From positions 1-31,228 of the forward strand of contig JBAYGV010000001.1 of NCBI GenBank assembly GCA_041666445.1: DNA of 31,228 nucleotides, read 5' to 3'. Shown here in pieces: positions 23,606 to 31,228 of the stretch. The position numbers and the translations under genes were made by a program. Origin of the DNA: Candidatus Micrarchaeia archaeon (GTDB lineage: Archaea; Micrarchaeota; Micrarchaeia; Anstonellales; Bilamarchaeaceae). The notes under the pieces were generated by a model. That model was given only the letters and a program-made list of their open reading frames with translations, did no database searches and had not been told where the DNA came from. Every line of letters begins with the position of its first letter. Position 1 is the stretch's first letter.

Positions 23606-24652
23606 ATGGCCGTTCCAAAAAATAATGATGCAGAAAACGGGAAGGAAAAAAAAACCCGCACCATACTCGCAGGAGTTTTAGTATTGGCAATGCTTTACCT
23701 TGTTTTAACCGCATTGTTTGGCTATTTCAACGCATTTTTTGTCGCCATATTCTCCTATATCTTCCTTAAGCCAGTCTATTCATTTATCCGAAAGCATGGG
23801 CTCGGAAAAACTTCTTCGGCCCTGCTTTCAATGACAATGGGAATACTCGTAGTTGGAATACCGGCAATTATTTTTTTCCAAATACTTATTTCTGAAACTT
23901 CAAGCCTGATAAGCCCGGCTTCTGAACAATATTACATGACAATAATAAATCAAAACCTGGCCACACTAAAAAATACATTCCCGGGAATTGAAATAAGCGA
24001 TGCGCTTAAAAATGGAATAACCAGCCTTGCATTCCAGGCGGTTGGCGGGTTTAAAGACCTAATTCTCACTTCTATTCAAAGCATCGGGGAGCTCGCCCTT
24101 CAAAGCTTGGTGGCGATATTTGTCATATATTACCTTCTTGTAAACGAGGATAACGTTGGCAAGCTTGGAAGAAAACTTATTCCGTTCAACCAGAAGAATA
24201 CGGATAAATTGATAGACGAATCCAACCGGGTGACCTATTCCGTCCTTATGTCCATGGGAGTGATGGGAGTCGTCCAAGCATTGCCTCTTACGCTCGTTTT
24301 CATGTATTTTGGGGTTCCGGGGGCAGTATTCTGGGGATTCATGGCATTAATCCTTACATTCATCCCGTTTGTCGGGATTCCAGTCGTATGGATTCCTATT
24401 GCGCTCGGAGAATGGCTGGGGCACAATGAATCGGCAGCAATAGGAATAGCCATAATGGGAATAATCTTGGCAGTGGTGGAAAACTGGAGGCCGATAATGC
24501 AAAAGTACCTGGGCCAGGTCCATCCACTGGTAGCACTTCTTGGGGTTGTAATTGGAATAGCAAAATTTGGGATTTTAGGCGTGCTCATAGGCCCGCTTCT
24601 CCTAAGCTATACCTTGCTTGCGGTTGGCATGTTCAAGGAAGAATACCTATAG
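23606..24652 (+). CDS. AI-2E (UPF0118/PerM) family transporter
   Basis: YIFLKPVY, YYLLVNED, LTFIPFVG...VWIP, VENW-RP, VHPLVALLGVVIGIAKFGILGVLIGPLL. Start placed at MAVPKN. Confidence 0.88.
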   Translation: MAVPKNNDAENGKEKKTRTILAGVLVLAMLYLVLTALFGYFNAFFVAIFSYIFLKPVYSFIRKHGLGKTSSALLSMTMGILVVGIPAIIFFQILISETSSLISPASEQYYMTIINQNLATLKNTFPGIEISDALKNGITSLAFQAVGGFKDLILTSIQSIGELALQSLVAIFVIYYLLVNEDNVGKLGRKLIPFNQKNTDKLIDESNRVTYSVLMSMGVMGVVQALPLTLVFMYFGVPGAVFWGFMALILTFIPFVGIPVVWIPIALGEWLGHNESAAIGIAIMGIILAVVENWRPIMQKYLGQVHPLVALLGVVIGIAKFGILGVLIGPLLLSYTLLAVGMFKEEYL

Positions 24653-24728
24653 CAAACACAGTTTGGAGAAGATTGGGCACTCGCCATTGCAACGGATATA
24701 TTTTATAATACAAAGCAGTAATGGAAGC

Positions 24729-26198
24729 ATGCGCATAAAATCCAAAAAATCTGCATTTGGGACAATTATTTTTGCATTACTATTCATGCTATTTTTATCT
24801 GCAGGATGCTGCGCATACATAAATGACATTGTTACTCCTACAAACAAAACTACAACTGGCGGAAATGGCAATGGAATTACCGAGGCAAACCGGCCGCCAG
24901 TAGTAAATCTGACATTGAATTTTACAAGCGGACCTGCGCCATTCTCGTCCCATTATACTTACCGATGCTATGACCCGGATGAGAATCTTGCATTCTGCGA
25001 ACTCATGCTGGACGGGGAGGTTTACGCCAAAGGAAATAATCAAAGCGCCATATTTCCGGATGGATACAAATATCCTGATTTTTACTGGGCTGCAATGGAA
25101 CAGCTTGGCAACCATACGCTTACCATATATGCCATGGACAGCGAAGGAATGAATGCATCGAAAGAAGTTGAATTCGTGGTGCTGTCTGGCGAATTCCTTG
25201 ACCAGCCGGGATGGTATAACTGCAATGAAAAATCAGCCTATCCCCCATGCGATTATATGTATTATGGATATTGCGATAAAATAGTTCCGCGGGATGTCGT
25301 AGTCAGGGAAGCGGCTGCCGACGCAGTTTCAAAACATCCGGGCGCGTTTTCAATCAACCAGCTTCTTGATATTTATGATTGGATGCATACGAACGTATTC
25401 TACCATAATGTTCCGATAGACATGTGGCCGCCCTACCCGCCGAGCGAAACATTGACAACCAAATCCGGGGACTGCAAAAATCAGGCGGTAGTCATCGCAT
25501 CCATGGTTGAAGCAATTGGAGGCTCTGCCCGCGTCCTCTACATACCCGAGTGCAGGCATGCATTTGCCGAAGTATACCTGGGCAATAACCAGGATGTTGA
25601 TGAACTCAACAATGCAATTTGGGCGCACTATCCGCAAGCCAAGGGAAAGAGCACAAATTGGCATTATTCCAAGAACGAAAATAATGAGACGGAAAACTGG
25701 TTCATTTTCGATACGGCCGGCGGTTGGTTCCCAGGCAATACCATCCCGGAATGCCTAAATGCATCAAGAGTATATGTACTGATGGACTGCTTCCGCGACC
25801 CGACAGAACTTAACGCCCCGGAAATACAAGGAACGGAATATGGGCCGTACATAAGGCAAAACGACACGCAGATAATACAGCCTGGCTGGAGCTATAATTA
25901 CTGGACAACCCCGTGGATTAGCAGCAACCCGGAATACGAATGGTGCCACTATAAGTTGAATATAAAATCACTTTCCACCAAGCCCATGGATTGGTATTTG
26001 ACCAATAAGGCAGGGTATGACGCGCATCAGAACTACCAGGGTTTCAACTATTATTACGGGGAAGAACAGGTCCAGAAAACAGACTATGAATTTGACTGGG
26101 ACAACGCAAATCAGTTTTATGTAATTATTGTAAATAATAACGCGGATTCTGCCATAACCGTAAGGACGGAAATAACGGAAACCTGCCACAAGGGATAA
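24729..26198 (+). CDS. Secreted lipoprotein with PKD/Ig-like and transglutaminase-like domains
   Basis: Start MRIKSK; lipobox SAGC; NRPPVVNL..SGPAPF (PKD-like); putative catalytic triad in GDCKNQA, HAFAEV and FIFDT. Confidence 0.8.
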   Translation: MRIKSKKSAFGTIIFALLFMLFLSAGCCAYINDIVTPTNKTTTGGNGNGITEANRPPVVNLTLNFTSGPAPFSSHYTYRCYDPDENLAFCELMLDGEVYAKGNNQSAIFPDGYKYPDFYWAAMEQLGNHTLTIYAMDSEGMNASKEVEFVVLSGEFLDQPGWYNCNEKSAYPPCDYMYYGYCDKIVPRDVVVREAAADAVSKHPGAFSINQLLDIYDWMHTNVFYHNVPIDMWPPYPPSETLTTKSGDCKNQAVVIASMVEAIGGSARVLYIPECRHAFAEVYLGNNQDVDELNNAIWAHYPQAKGKSTNWHYSKNENNETENWFIFDTAGGWFPGNTIPECLNASRVYVLMDCFRDPTELNAPEIQGTEYGPYIRQNDTQIIQPGWSYNYWTTPWISSNPEYEWCHYKLNIKSLSTKPMDWYLTNKAGYDAHQNYQGFNYYYGEEQVQKTDYEFDWDNANQFYVIIVNNNADSAITVRTEITETCHKG

Positions 26199-26212
26199 CA
26201 GACATTGTGCGT

Positions 26213-26743
26213 TTATTTTGTTTCCTTTATCAAAAATTCCATGCACTCTTCCAGCTTTCCTCTTTTTGAGTTCCATTTCCTCACAATATTCCGATAGGAT
26301 TCGAGCTGGCTCGCGTATTCTTTTTGGTCGAGATGCGAACCGAATGCCCCAAACATTAATTTCGAAATCGGATGACAAAATGCCCGCGAAACTACTTTTC
26401 CGTCCGGTCCCATCGGATATTTCCTGCACCCGTAGGGCTCGAAATCGTGGATTTTACAAAGATTATCCTTTCCAAGGAAGCAGCAGGTATGGGAACGCAA
26501 AGCAAGAATATGCTCGTGCATTATGCCCCTTGAAGCGCCAGTGCCTTTTCCACCCGGCCCATAGCATTCCAAAACAGTTGAATTATCCTGGTTAAGAAGC
26601 CGGGCTGGGACGATAGTTGCAAATTCCTCCGGCGTTTTCCCGGTCTTGCTTGCTATCCGAACCACGTCAAAAGAAGTGACAGTTATGGTGCAATCCTTGC
26701 AGCAATTGGCATTGCAAAACGAGCATGGATTGAAAGATGACAT
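26213..26743 (-). CDS. YkgJ / UPF0153 CxxCxxCC metal-cluster protein
   Basis: CSFCNANCC at the N-terminus; CCFLGKDNLCKIHDFEPYGCRKYP. Confidence 0.88.
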   Translation of the reverse strand: MSSFNPCSFCNANCCKDCTITVTSFDVVRIASKTGKTPEEFATIVPARLLNQDNSTVLECYGPGGKGTGASRGIMHEHILALRSHTCCFLGKDNLCKIHDFEPYGCRKYPMGPDGKVVSRAFCHPISKLMFGAFGSHLDQKEYASQLESYRNIVRKWNSKRGKLEECMEFLIKETK

Positions 26744-26796
26744 GAAATAAGCACCTACAGCCTACAAGCTACTTGCCACTACCCAATAGATACTAC

Positions 26797-27570
26797 CTAC
26801 CGCCCATGGCCTACTCGCGAGCCAGTTTCCATTATATTAAATATGCAAAGCTCAAACCTTCCAGTCCGTTCAAGCTCTTCTAGAATCCCTTCAACAAGCA
26901 TTTTCTTTATTTTCAAGTATTTCTCCCGCCCTATTTCAACATTGCAAACCGCATATCGGAGGGATTTTGCATTGAAGCAAAATAATGAATCCTGGAGCCC
27001 TTCGCAATTATGGCAGAACATCGAATCCGAGCATTTTTTGCACGCATCCATTTCAAAGCAGCGAACCATTTCGGTTGAGAAGTAGCAGTTGATTGAAAAG
27101 CTGCCGTTCATATTCCTGAAACAGCCGAATGTTCGCTCGTTAAACGAACTCCAGATATTGTGCGCACAAAACTTGGAATGGAAACAGAACGCTATGCGAT
27201 AGGAGTTTTGGACATTGAGATAGAAGTTTGATTCGACAACATTGTGGTTTGTCCCTTCCCGAAGTTCGCAGACAACCTTACCCAATTGGCCGAACTCCCT
27301 GGAAAGCGAAGCAAAACTCGGATCGGAAATATCCAATTTCTTATCCGGACGTTCGAAATCAAGGCCAGCCATCATTTCTTCCGGAAAATAGCGGTAGATG
27401 GATATGTCCGGCATTATCACGTTCCCATTGGCAGTGGCAAACATCTTGCATTTTGGCAGGTTTTCTCTCAGCCATGCCTCGTATTTTGAAAGCGGGGACA
27501 GCGGCTTGCCGAAAAGCATTTTTGTAACCTGCTGAAACGCCATTTCCGCTTCCTGAGAGCCTGCACCCAT
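26797..27570 (-). CDS. Cys-rich repeat hypothetical protein (paralogue B)
   Basis: AFQQVTKMLFG...RCFEMDACKKCSDSMFCHNC...LFCFNAKS...KYLKIK. Its start overlaps the stop of paralogue A (TGATG). Confidence 0.8.
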   Translation of the reverse strand: MGAGSQEAEMAFQQVTKMLFGKPLSPLSKYEAWLRENLPKCKMFATANGNVIMPDISIYRYFPEEMMAGLDFERPDKKLDISDPSFASLSREFGQLGKVVCELREGTNHNVVESNFYLNVQNSYRIAFCFHSKFCAHNIWSSFNERTFGCFRNMNGSFSINCYFSTEMVRCFEMDACKKCSDSMFCHNCEGLQDSLFCFNAKSLRYAVCNVEIGREKYLKIKKMLVEGILEELERTGRFELCIFNIMETGSRVGHGR

Positions 27571-28322
27571 CAGCTTCCACCCTGCAATAGGTCAAGCAAA
27601 GATGGCAGCCGTTTTTTAGATTCAAGCTCCCCGGCCATCTGCTCAATCAATCCTTCCTTTAGTTTCAAGTACTGGCTTTTCTCAAGTTGGTTGTTCCCGA
27701 CCATATTGCTTTTTGAGCGCTGGTCAAAGCAAAAAAGCATTTCATGAGAGCTCTTGCAGTTGTTTGAGTAGTAGCAATCAGATGAGAAAAAAACAATGTC
27801 AGTCTCAAAGCAGCGCTGGGAATTGTTATTTTCACATACGTTAATGCAAAACCCGCTTTCCCCAAGGCAGGAAGAGCCGAACATATACTTGCTGTCCCGC
27901 AACAGGCTGGAGTACGCAACGTATTCGCAACGCAGGATTTCTGATGATGAATAGACTACCGAAGAATCGGCAATATTCTCGCTTTTTTCTACGAATTCTG
28001 ATTTCCCGATAACCTTGTTGCCGGAATAATAGCATATTTCCCGCGCCGCATTGGCAAGCGAATCTATGTCCTTTATATCGTCGGCATTGATTGGCTTGGA
28101 TTTGACAGCATCCGCTGATTTTCCAAACGCTTCCGGATAATCTACAAACCTTGCTCCTTTGCTATATGGCGCAGTATAATGGATGTCTTTGCCAGAAACG
28201 GATTTTGCAACGCTTACTTTTTCATTATACGTCCTAAGATAGTTTTCAAATTCCTGAAGCTCGCCAAGCTCGCGCTTGAAAAGCACCTTGCATACGGATT
28301 TGAACGCTTCGTTAATATTCAT
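27570..28322 (-). CDS. Cys/Ser-rich repeat hypothetical protein (paralogue A)
   Basis: Start MNINEAFKSVCKVLFK; ...RCFETD...SSDCYYSNNC...LFCFDQRS...QYLKLK. Aligns end to end with paralogue B. Confidence 0.8.
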   Translation of the reverse strand: MNINEAFKSVCKVLFKRELGELQEFENYLRTYNEKVSVAKSVSGKDIHYTAPYSKGARFVDYPEAFGKSADAVKSKPINADDIKDIDSLANAAREICYYSGNKVIGKSEFVEKSENIADSSVVYSSSEILRCEYVAYSSLLRDSKYMFGSSCLGESGFCINVCENNNSQRCFETDIVFFSSDCYYSNNCKSSHEMLFCFDQRSKSNMVGNNQLEKSQYLKLKEGLIEQMAGELESKKRLPSLLDLLQGGS

Positions 28323-28345
28323 CAATAATACCAGAAAGGACAGGT

Positions 28346-28975
28346 TTACGGTTTTGCTGCACAAGTTCCGCCAGCGCATTTATCATTTTTGCAGGTTTCA
28401 AGCCTCTCCTCAACCTTTTTCCAGTTTATAGCCTTGAAAAACGCATTTATATAATCCGCCCGCTTCAGCCCGTAATCCAGCATGAACGCATGCTCGAAAA
28501 CATCCATAACTAGCAGCACCCTAGTTCCGACCAAATTGCCAACATCATGCTCGTTTATCCATACGTTGAACAGCCTGTCTCCGCATTTATCGTAGCATAA
28601 GACTGCCCATCCAATCCCGCGCATTGCGCCAGTTGCCCGGAAATCCTTTTCCCAGTTCTCAAAGGAGCCGAATTCCAAGGATATTTTTTTCATGAGCTCA
28701 CCATCGCCAGCTAACAGTGTTCCGCCCTTAGCCATGTTCTTGAAGTACATCCTGTGGAGCTTCATTCCGTTGAATTCCCAGCCGAATCTTCTCTTTAGCT
28801 CTGCATATTCAGGGGTTGCTGTTTTACTTTCCTTAACCATTGCCAATAGCAAGTCGGAAAGCTTGTTTACATTCGCAACATAGCCTTGATACAATGTAAA
28901 ATGGTTCTTCAGCAGCTGATCGCTGAACCCTTCTGTTCCCAACAAATTATCAAAATTTTGCGCTTCGTATGCCAT
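28346..28975 (-). CDS. sod: Fe/Mn superoxide dismutase
   Basis: Start MAYEAQ. Four metal ligands in NHFTLY, MKLHRMYF and MDVFEHAF; also FGSFENW and GIGWAVL. Confidence 0.92.
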   Translation of the reverse strand: MAYEAQNFDNLLGTEGFSDQLLKNHFTLYQGYVANVNKLSDLLLAMVKESKTATPEYAELKRRFGWEFNGMKLHRMYFKNMAKGGTLLAGDGELMKKISLEFGSFENWEKDFRATGAMRGIGWAVLCYDKCGDRLFNVWINEHDVGNLVGTRVLLVMDVFEHAFMLDYGLKRADYINAFFKAINWKKVEERLETCKNDKCAGGTCAAKP

Positions 28976-28995
28976 ATGTTTCACCTCAGTAGTAG

Positions 28996-29559
28996 TTATA
29001 TTTTTCCAACCAAATCCAAGCTTGGCGCCAAAGTTGCCTTTCCCGGCTCCCAGCTTGCAGGGCAAACTTGACCCGGATGCTCACGTACGAATTTTGCCGC
29101 CTTTAGCTTTCGCAATATTTCCTTTGCGCTCCTTCCAATGCTATTGTCATGAATTTCCATGCATTTCAAAACACCGTCCGGGTCTATTATGAATGTTGCA
29201 CGCAGCGATAAACCTTCGTTTTCGATGTATGTCCCGAATTCCCTGCACATCTTTCCCGTAGGGTCTGCAAGCATGGGAAATTTGATTTTTTTTATTGCCG
29301 GGGACGCATCATGCCAAGCCTTGTGCACGAAATAGGTATCTGTGCTTACGCTCATTATTTCCGCATCCTGTTTCTTGAATTCCTCGTAGTTATCAGCCAG
29401 CTCTTCCAGCTCGGTCGGGCATACAAACGTAAAATCCGCCGGATAAAACGCAAGGACCAGCCATTTTCCTTTCTGGCTTGACAGGTTTATTTTTGTATTT
29501 TTGCCGGAATAAAAAGCATCCAGTTCCATGTCTGCTATTTTTTCCCCTATTCTTATCAT
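28996..29559 (-). CDS. ahpC: Typical 2-Cys peroxiredoxin (AhpC)
   Basis: FYPADFTFVCPTE (peroxidatic Cys), GRSAKEILR and QVCPASW (resolving Cys). Confidence 0.95.
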   Translation of the reverse strand: MIRIGEKIADMELDAFYSGKNTKINLSSQKGKWLVLAFYPADFTFVCPTELEELADNYEEFKKQDAEIMSVSTDTYFVHKAWHDASPAIKKIKFPMLADPTGKMCREFGTYIENEGLSLRATFIIDPDGVLKCMEIHDNSIGRSAKEILRKLKAAKFVREHPGQVCPASWEPGKATLAPSLDLVGKI

Positions 29560-29639
29560 ATGCTCACCTTTATGTTTCCTATAATTAGCAGGGAACCATG
29601 GCAGTTCAAGTATAAAAATATTCGTATGGAAATAGGATT

Positions 29640-30248
29640 ATGGGCGAAAATTCCGAAAAAAAAGTATTGATAGTCGGGCATTCCTGGGCATTTGGAACGT
29701 TTTCAAATTATAATGAATGGAAGGAGTACTTCAATGGGCTAATGGGACAATCGGTAAAATTGGAAGTTTGCGCAAAACCAAACACAAGCATAGGCTGGTC
29801 TACCGAACAGGTAAAGGAAAGAAAAGGCGCGGATTTTGTACTATTATTCACAGGAGTAAACGATGTGGATTTTACGAATCCGGACGTTTCAAAAGTATCT
29901 GAACAGGTTTTGGGTGCGTTTGAAAAGATGATAGCGGCAGCAAAAAAGAACAACCCGGATGCGCAAATAATAGTACTGTCAATACCGCACTTCAATCGGG
30001 CAGAACGGCATATTGCAGAAATAAACAAAAACTTCCCAAAATTGCAAAGAAAAATGGGTTTTTCTTTAGTTGATTTGACCGGCCCGCCATTTGCGATTCC
30101 ACTCGATAAGACCACGGAAGGCGGAAGATACCTGCATCCTGAAGACGGTTATGCAAAATTACGGGAATTGCTTAAAGAAAACCTGCCGGATTATGTAACT
30201 CTTAAAACTGCTGGAAATGAGCGTAAACGAAAGGAAAAAGCGCTCTAG
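29640..30248 (+). CDS. SGNH/GDSL-like hydrolase, divergent
   Basis: Block I VLIVGHSWA, block III LLFTGVND, AQIIVLSIP, block V YLHP. Confidence 0.65.
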   Translation: MGENSEKKVLIVGHSWAFGTFSNYNEWKEYFNGLMGQSVKLEVCAKPNTSIGWSTEQVKERKGADFVLLFTGVNDVDFTNPDVSKVSEQVLGAFEKMIAAAKKNNPDAQIIVLSIPHFNRAERHIAEINKNFPKLQRKMGFSLVDLTGPPFAIPLDKTTEGGRYLHPEDGYAKLRELLKENLPDYVTLKTAGNERKRKEKAL

Positions 30249-30252
30249 TGGC

Positions 30253-30897
30253 TTATCTCTTGCTCTTTTTGCTGTCTTCAATGAACTGGGCAATTCCCTT
30301 ATCGGTTAACGGGTGTTTCCAAAGCTCTTCGTAAACTTTTGGCGGGATTGTCGCGATATCCGCGCCCATCTTTGCCGCAGTTTCCACATGCTTTGCCGAA
30401 CGGACCGAAGCAACAATTATTTCAGTATCGAACATGTAGTTGTCGTAGATTTGAACGATTTCCTCAATTAGTTTCATTCCGTCCTGGCCAATATCGTCCA
30501 ACCTGCCAACGAATGGTGAAACATAGCTTGCGCCCGCCTTTGCAGCCAGCAGTGCCTGAGCCGCGGAGAAGACTAGAGTTACGTTGGTTGCAATATCTTT
30601 CTTAGAAAGAATCCGGACTGCACGAAGACCTTCTTGAGTCATCGGAACTTTCATCACGGGATTTTCCGCCCAGGACTTGAATTCTTCTGCTTCTTTTACC
30701 ATTTCTTCAGCAGTCATGCCGATTCCTTCGATGGAAATAGGGCCCTTGAACAACTTGTTAATGTCTGCTATTGCCTGCTTGTGGGTTTTCCCGCTTTTCA
30801 TAATGAGCGTTGGGTTGGTAGTAATCCCGTCGCACATGCCAAGCTCGATTGCCTTTTTCAACGCATCCGAATCCGCCGTATCAAGAAAGAATTTCAT
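30253..30897 (-). CDS. tal: Transaldolase (MJ0960/FSA-type)
   Basis: FFLDTA, GITTNPTL, VMKVP (Schiff-base Lys), TNVTLVFS, YVSPFVGRLDD, ASVR, ATIPP. Confidence 0.93.
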   Translation of the reverse strand: MKFFLDTADSDALKKAIELGMCDGITTNPTLIMKSGKTHKQAIADINKLFKGPISIEGIGMTAEEMVKEAEEFKSWAENPVMKVPMTQEGLRAVRILSKKDIATNVTLVFSAAQALLAAKAGASYVSPFVGRLDDIGQDGMKLIEEIVQIYDNYMFDTEIIVASVRSAKHVETAAKMGADIATIPPKVYEELWKHPLTDKGIAQFIEDSKKSKR

Positions 30898-30936
30898 AGT
30901 TTTTCACCGCATGAAAATAATTATTGCTTTTTATTC

Positions 30937-31227
30937 TTAACCGCTCTTCTTGTTTTTAACTGCTTCCCTTACTGTTTCGGCAATCCCTGCCGCATCCAAT
31001 TTGTATTTCTTCAACAGCTCGCTCCCAGTTCCGGATTCGCAAAACCTGTCGTAAATTCCGTGAATCTTTAATTTGCCTGGGCAGTTTTTCTGTGCAAGCA
31101 CTTCTGCAATCGCACTTCCCATACCTCCATGGACTTGGTGTTCTTCAACACTGACAATCAATCCGGTTTTCTTTGCCCATTGGATTACGGCATTGGAATC
31201 AATCGGCTTTATGGTGTGGCAATCAAC
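30937..31227 (-). CDS. Transketolase C-terminal subunit; 5'-truncated by the window edge
   Basis: The frame is open to the window end: VDCHTIKPID...IVSVEEHQVHGGMGSAIAEVL...GIYDRFCESG..SELLKKYKL. Confidence 0.9.
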   Translation of the reverse strand, partial: VDCHTIKPIDSNAVIQWAKKTGLIVSVEEHQVHGGMGSAIAEVLAQKNCPGKLKIHGIYDRFCESGTGSELLKKYKLDAAGIAETVREAVKNKKSG

Positions 31228-31228
31228 A

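Noticed and set aside
28976-29065. 30-aa N-terminal extension of SOD, and similar extensions at 1596, 17351-18178, 24618 and 28379
   Set aside because: They mostly overlap neighbouring genes or promoter regions; the downstream ATGs match expected family starts, and several have RBS or TATA signals.
725-31071. The many short overlapping ORFs in the six-frame track (e.g. 996-1334, 4376-4810, 20745-21314, 21819-22247, 25968-26429, 30634-31071)
   Set aside because: They are antisense or alternate-frame shadows of well-supported genes, with no family motifs or translation signals.
1-31228. Alternative genetic code or stop-codon readthrough (Sec/Pyl)
   Set aside because: Recognisable proteins are full length under the standard code and end at TAA, TAG or TGA as expected. 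The split genes are frameshifts, not in-frame stops.
1-31228. Mobile element or prophage boundaries for the stress-gene island
   Set aside because: No transposase, integrase, terminal inverted repeat or att-like direct repeat was recognised by eye; island status remains unproven.

Overview
A gene-dense 31 kb window of archaeal type. Evidence: TTTATAAA/TTAAGTAT TATA boxes about 25-35 nt upstream of starts, GAGGTG-type RBS, standard code, and many Cys-lipobox secreted proteins. The gene style suggests a DPANN archaeon, possibly Micrarchaeota-like; that assignment is inference. No rRNA, tRNA, CRISPR array or transposase was recognised. Main content: (i) three surface lipoproteins, the first truncated and missed by the ORF track; (ii) a GadC/TyrP-type permease, a lactic-acid-bacterium-type tyrosine decarboxylase, and an ElaB/YqjD-like plus YqjE-like gene pair; (iii) a 165-bp intergenic stretch packed with five perfect inverted repeats; (iv) a frameshifted PPDK/PEP-synthase-like protein; (v) CPBP protease, SfsA, MFS, bPH, LUD and cytochrome b5 genes; (vi) an uncharacterised operon of a double zinc ribbon protein and two paralogous cytoplasmic FecR-like proteins, whose promoter motif is repeated upstream of a frameshifted hdeD; (vii) a membrane-anchored protein with CD38/ADP-ribosyl cyclase-like motifs; (viii) an arginase-like gene, a P3A H+-ATPase, a second GadC-like permease and an AI-2E transporter; (ix) a transglutaminase-like lipoprotein; (x) an ahpC-sod-tandem Cys-rich paralogue-YkgJ cluster; (xi) an SGNH-like gene, transaldolase and partial transketolase. 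All family calls come from motif recognition by eye, not database searches.
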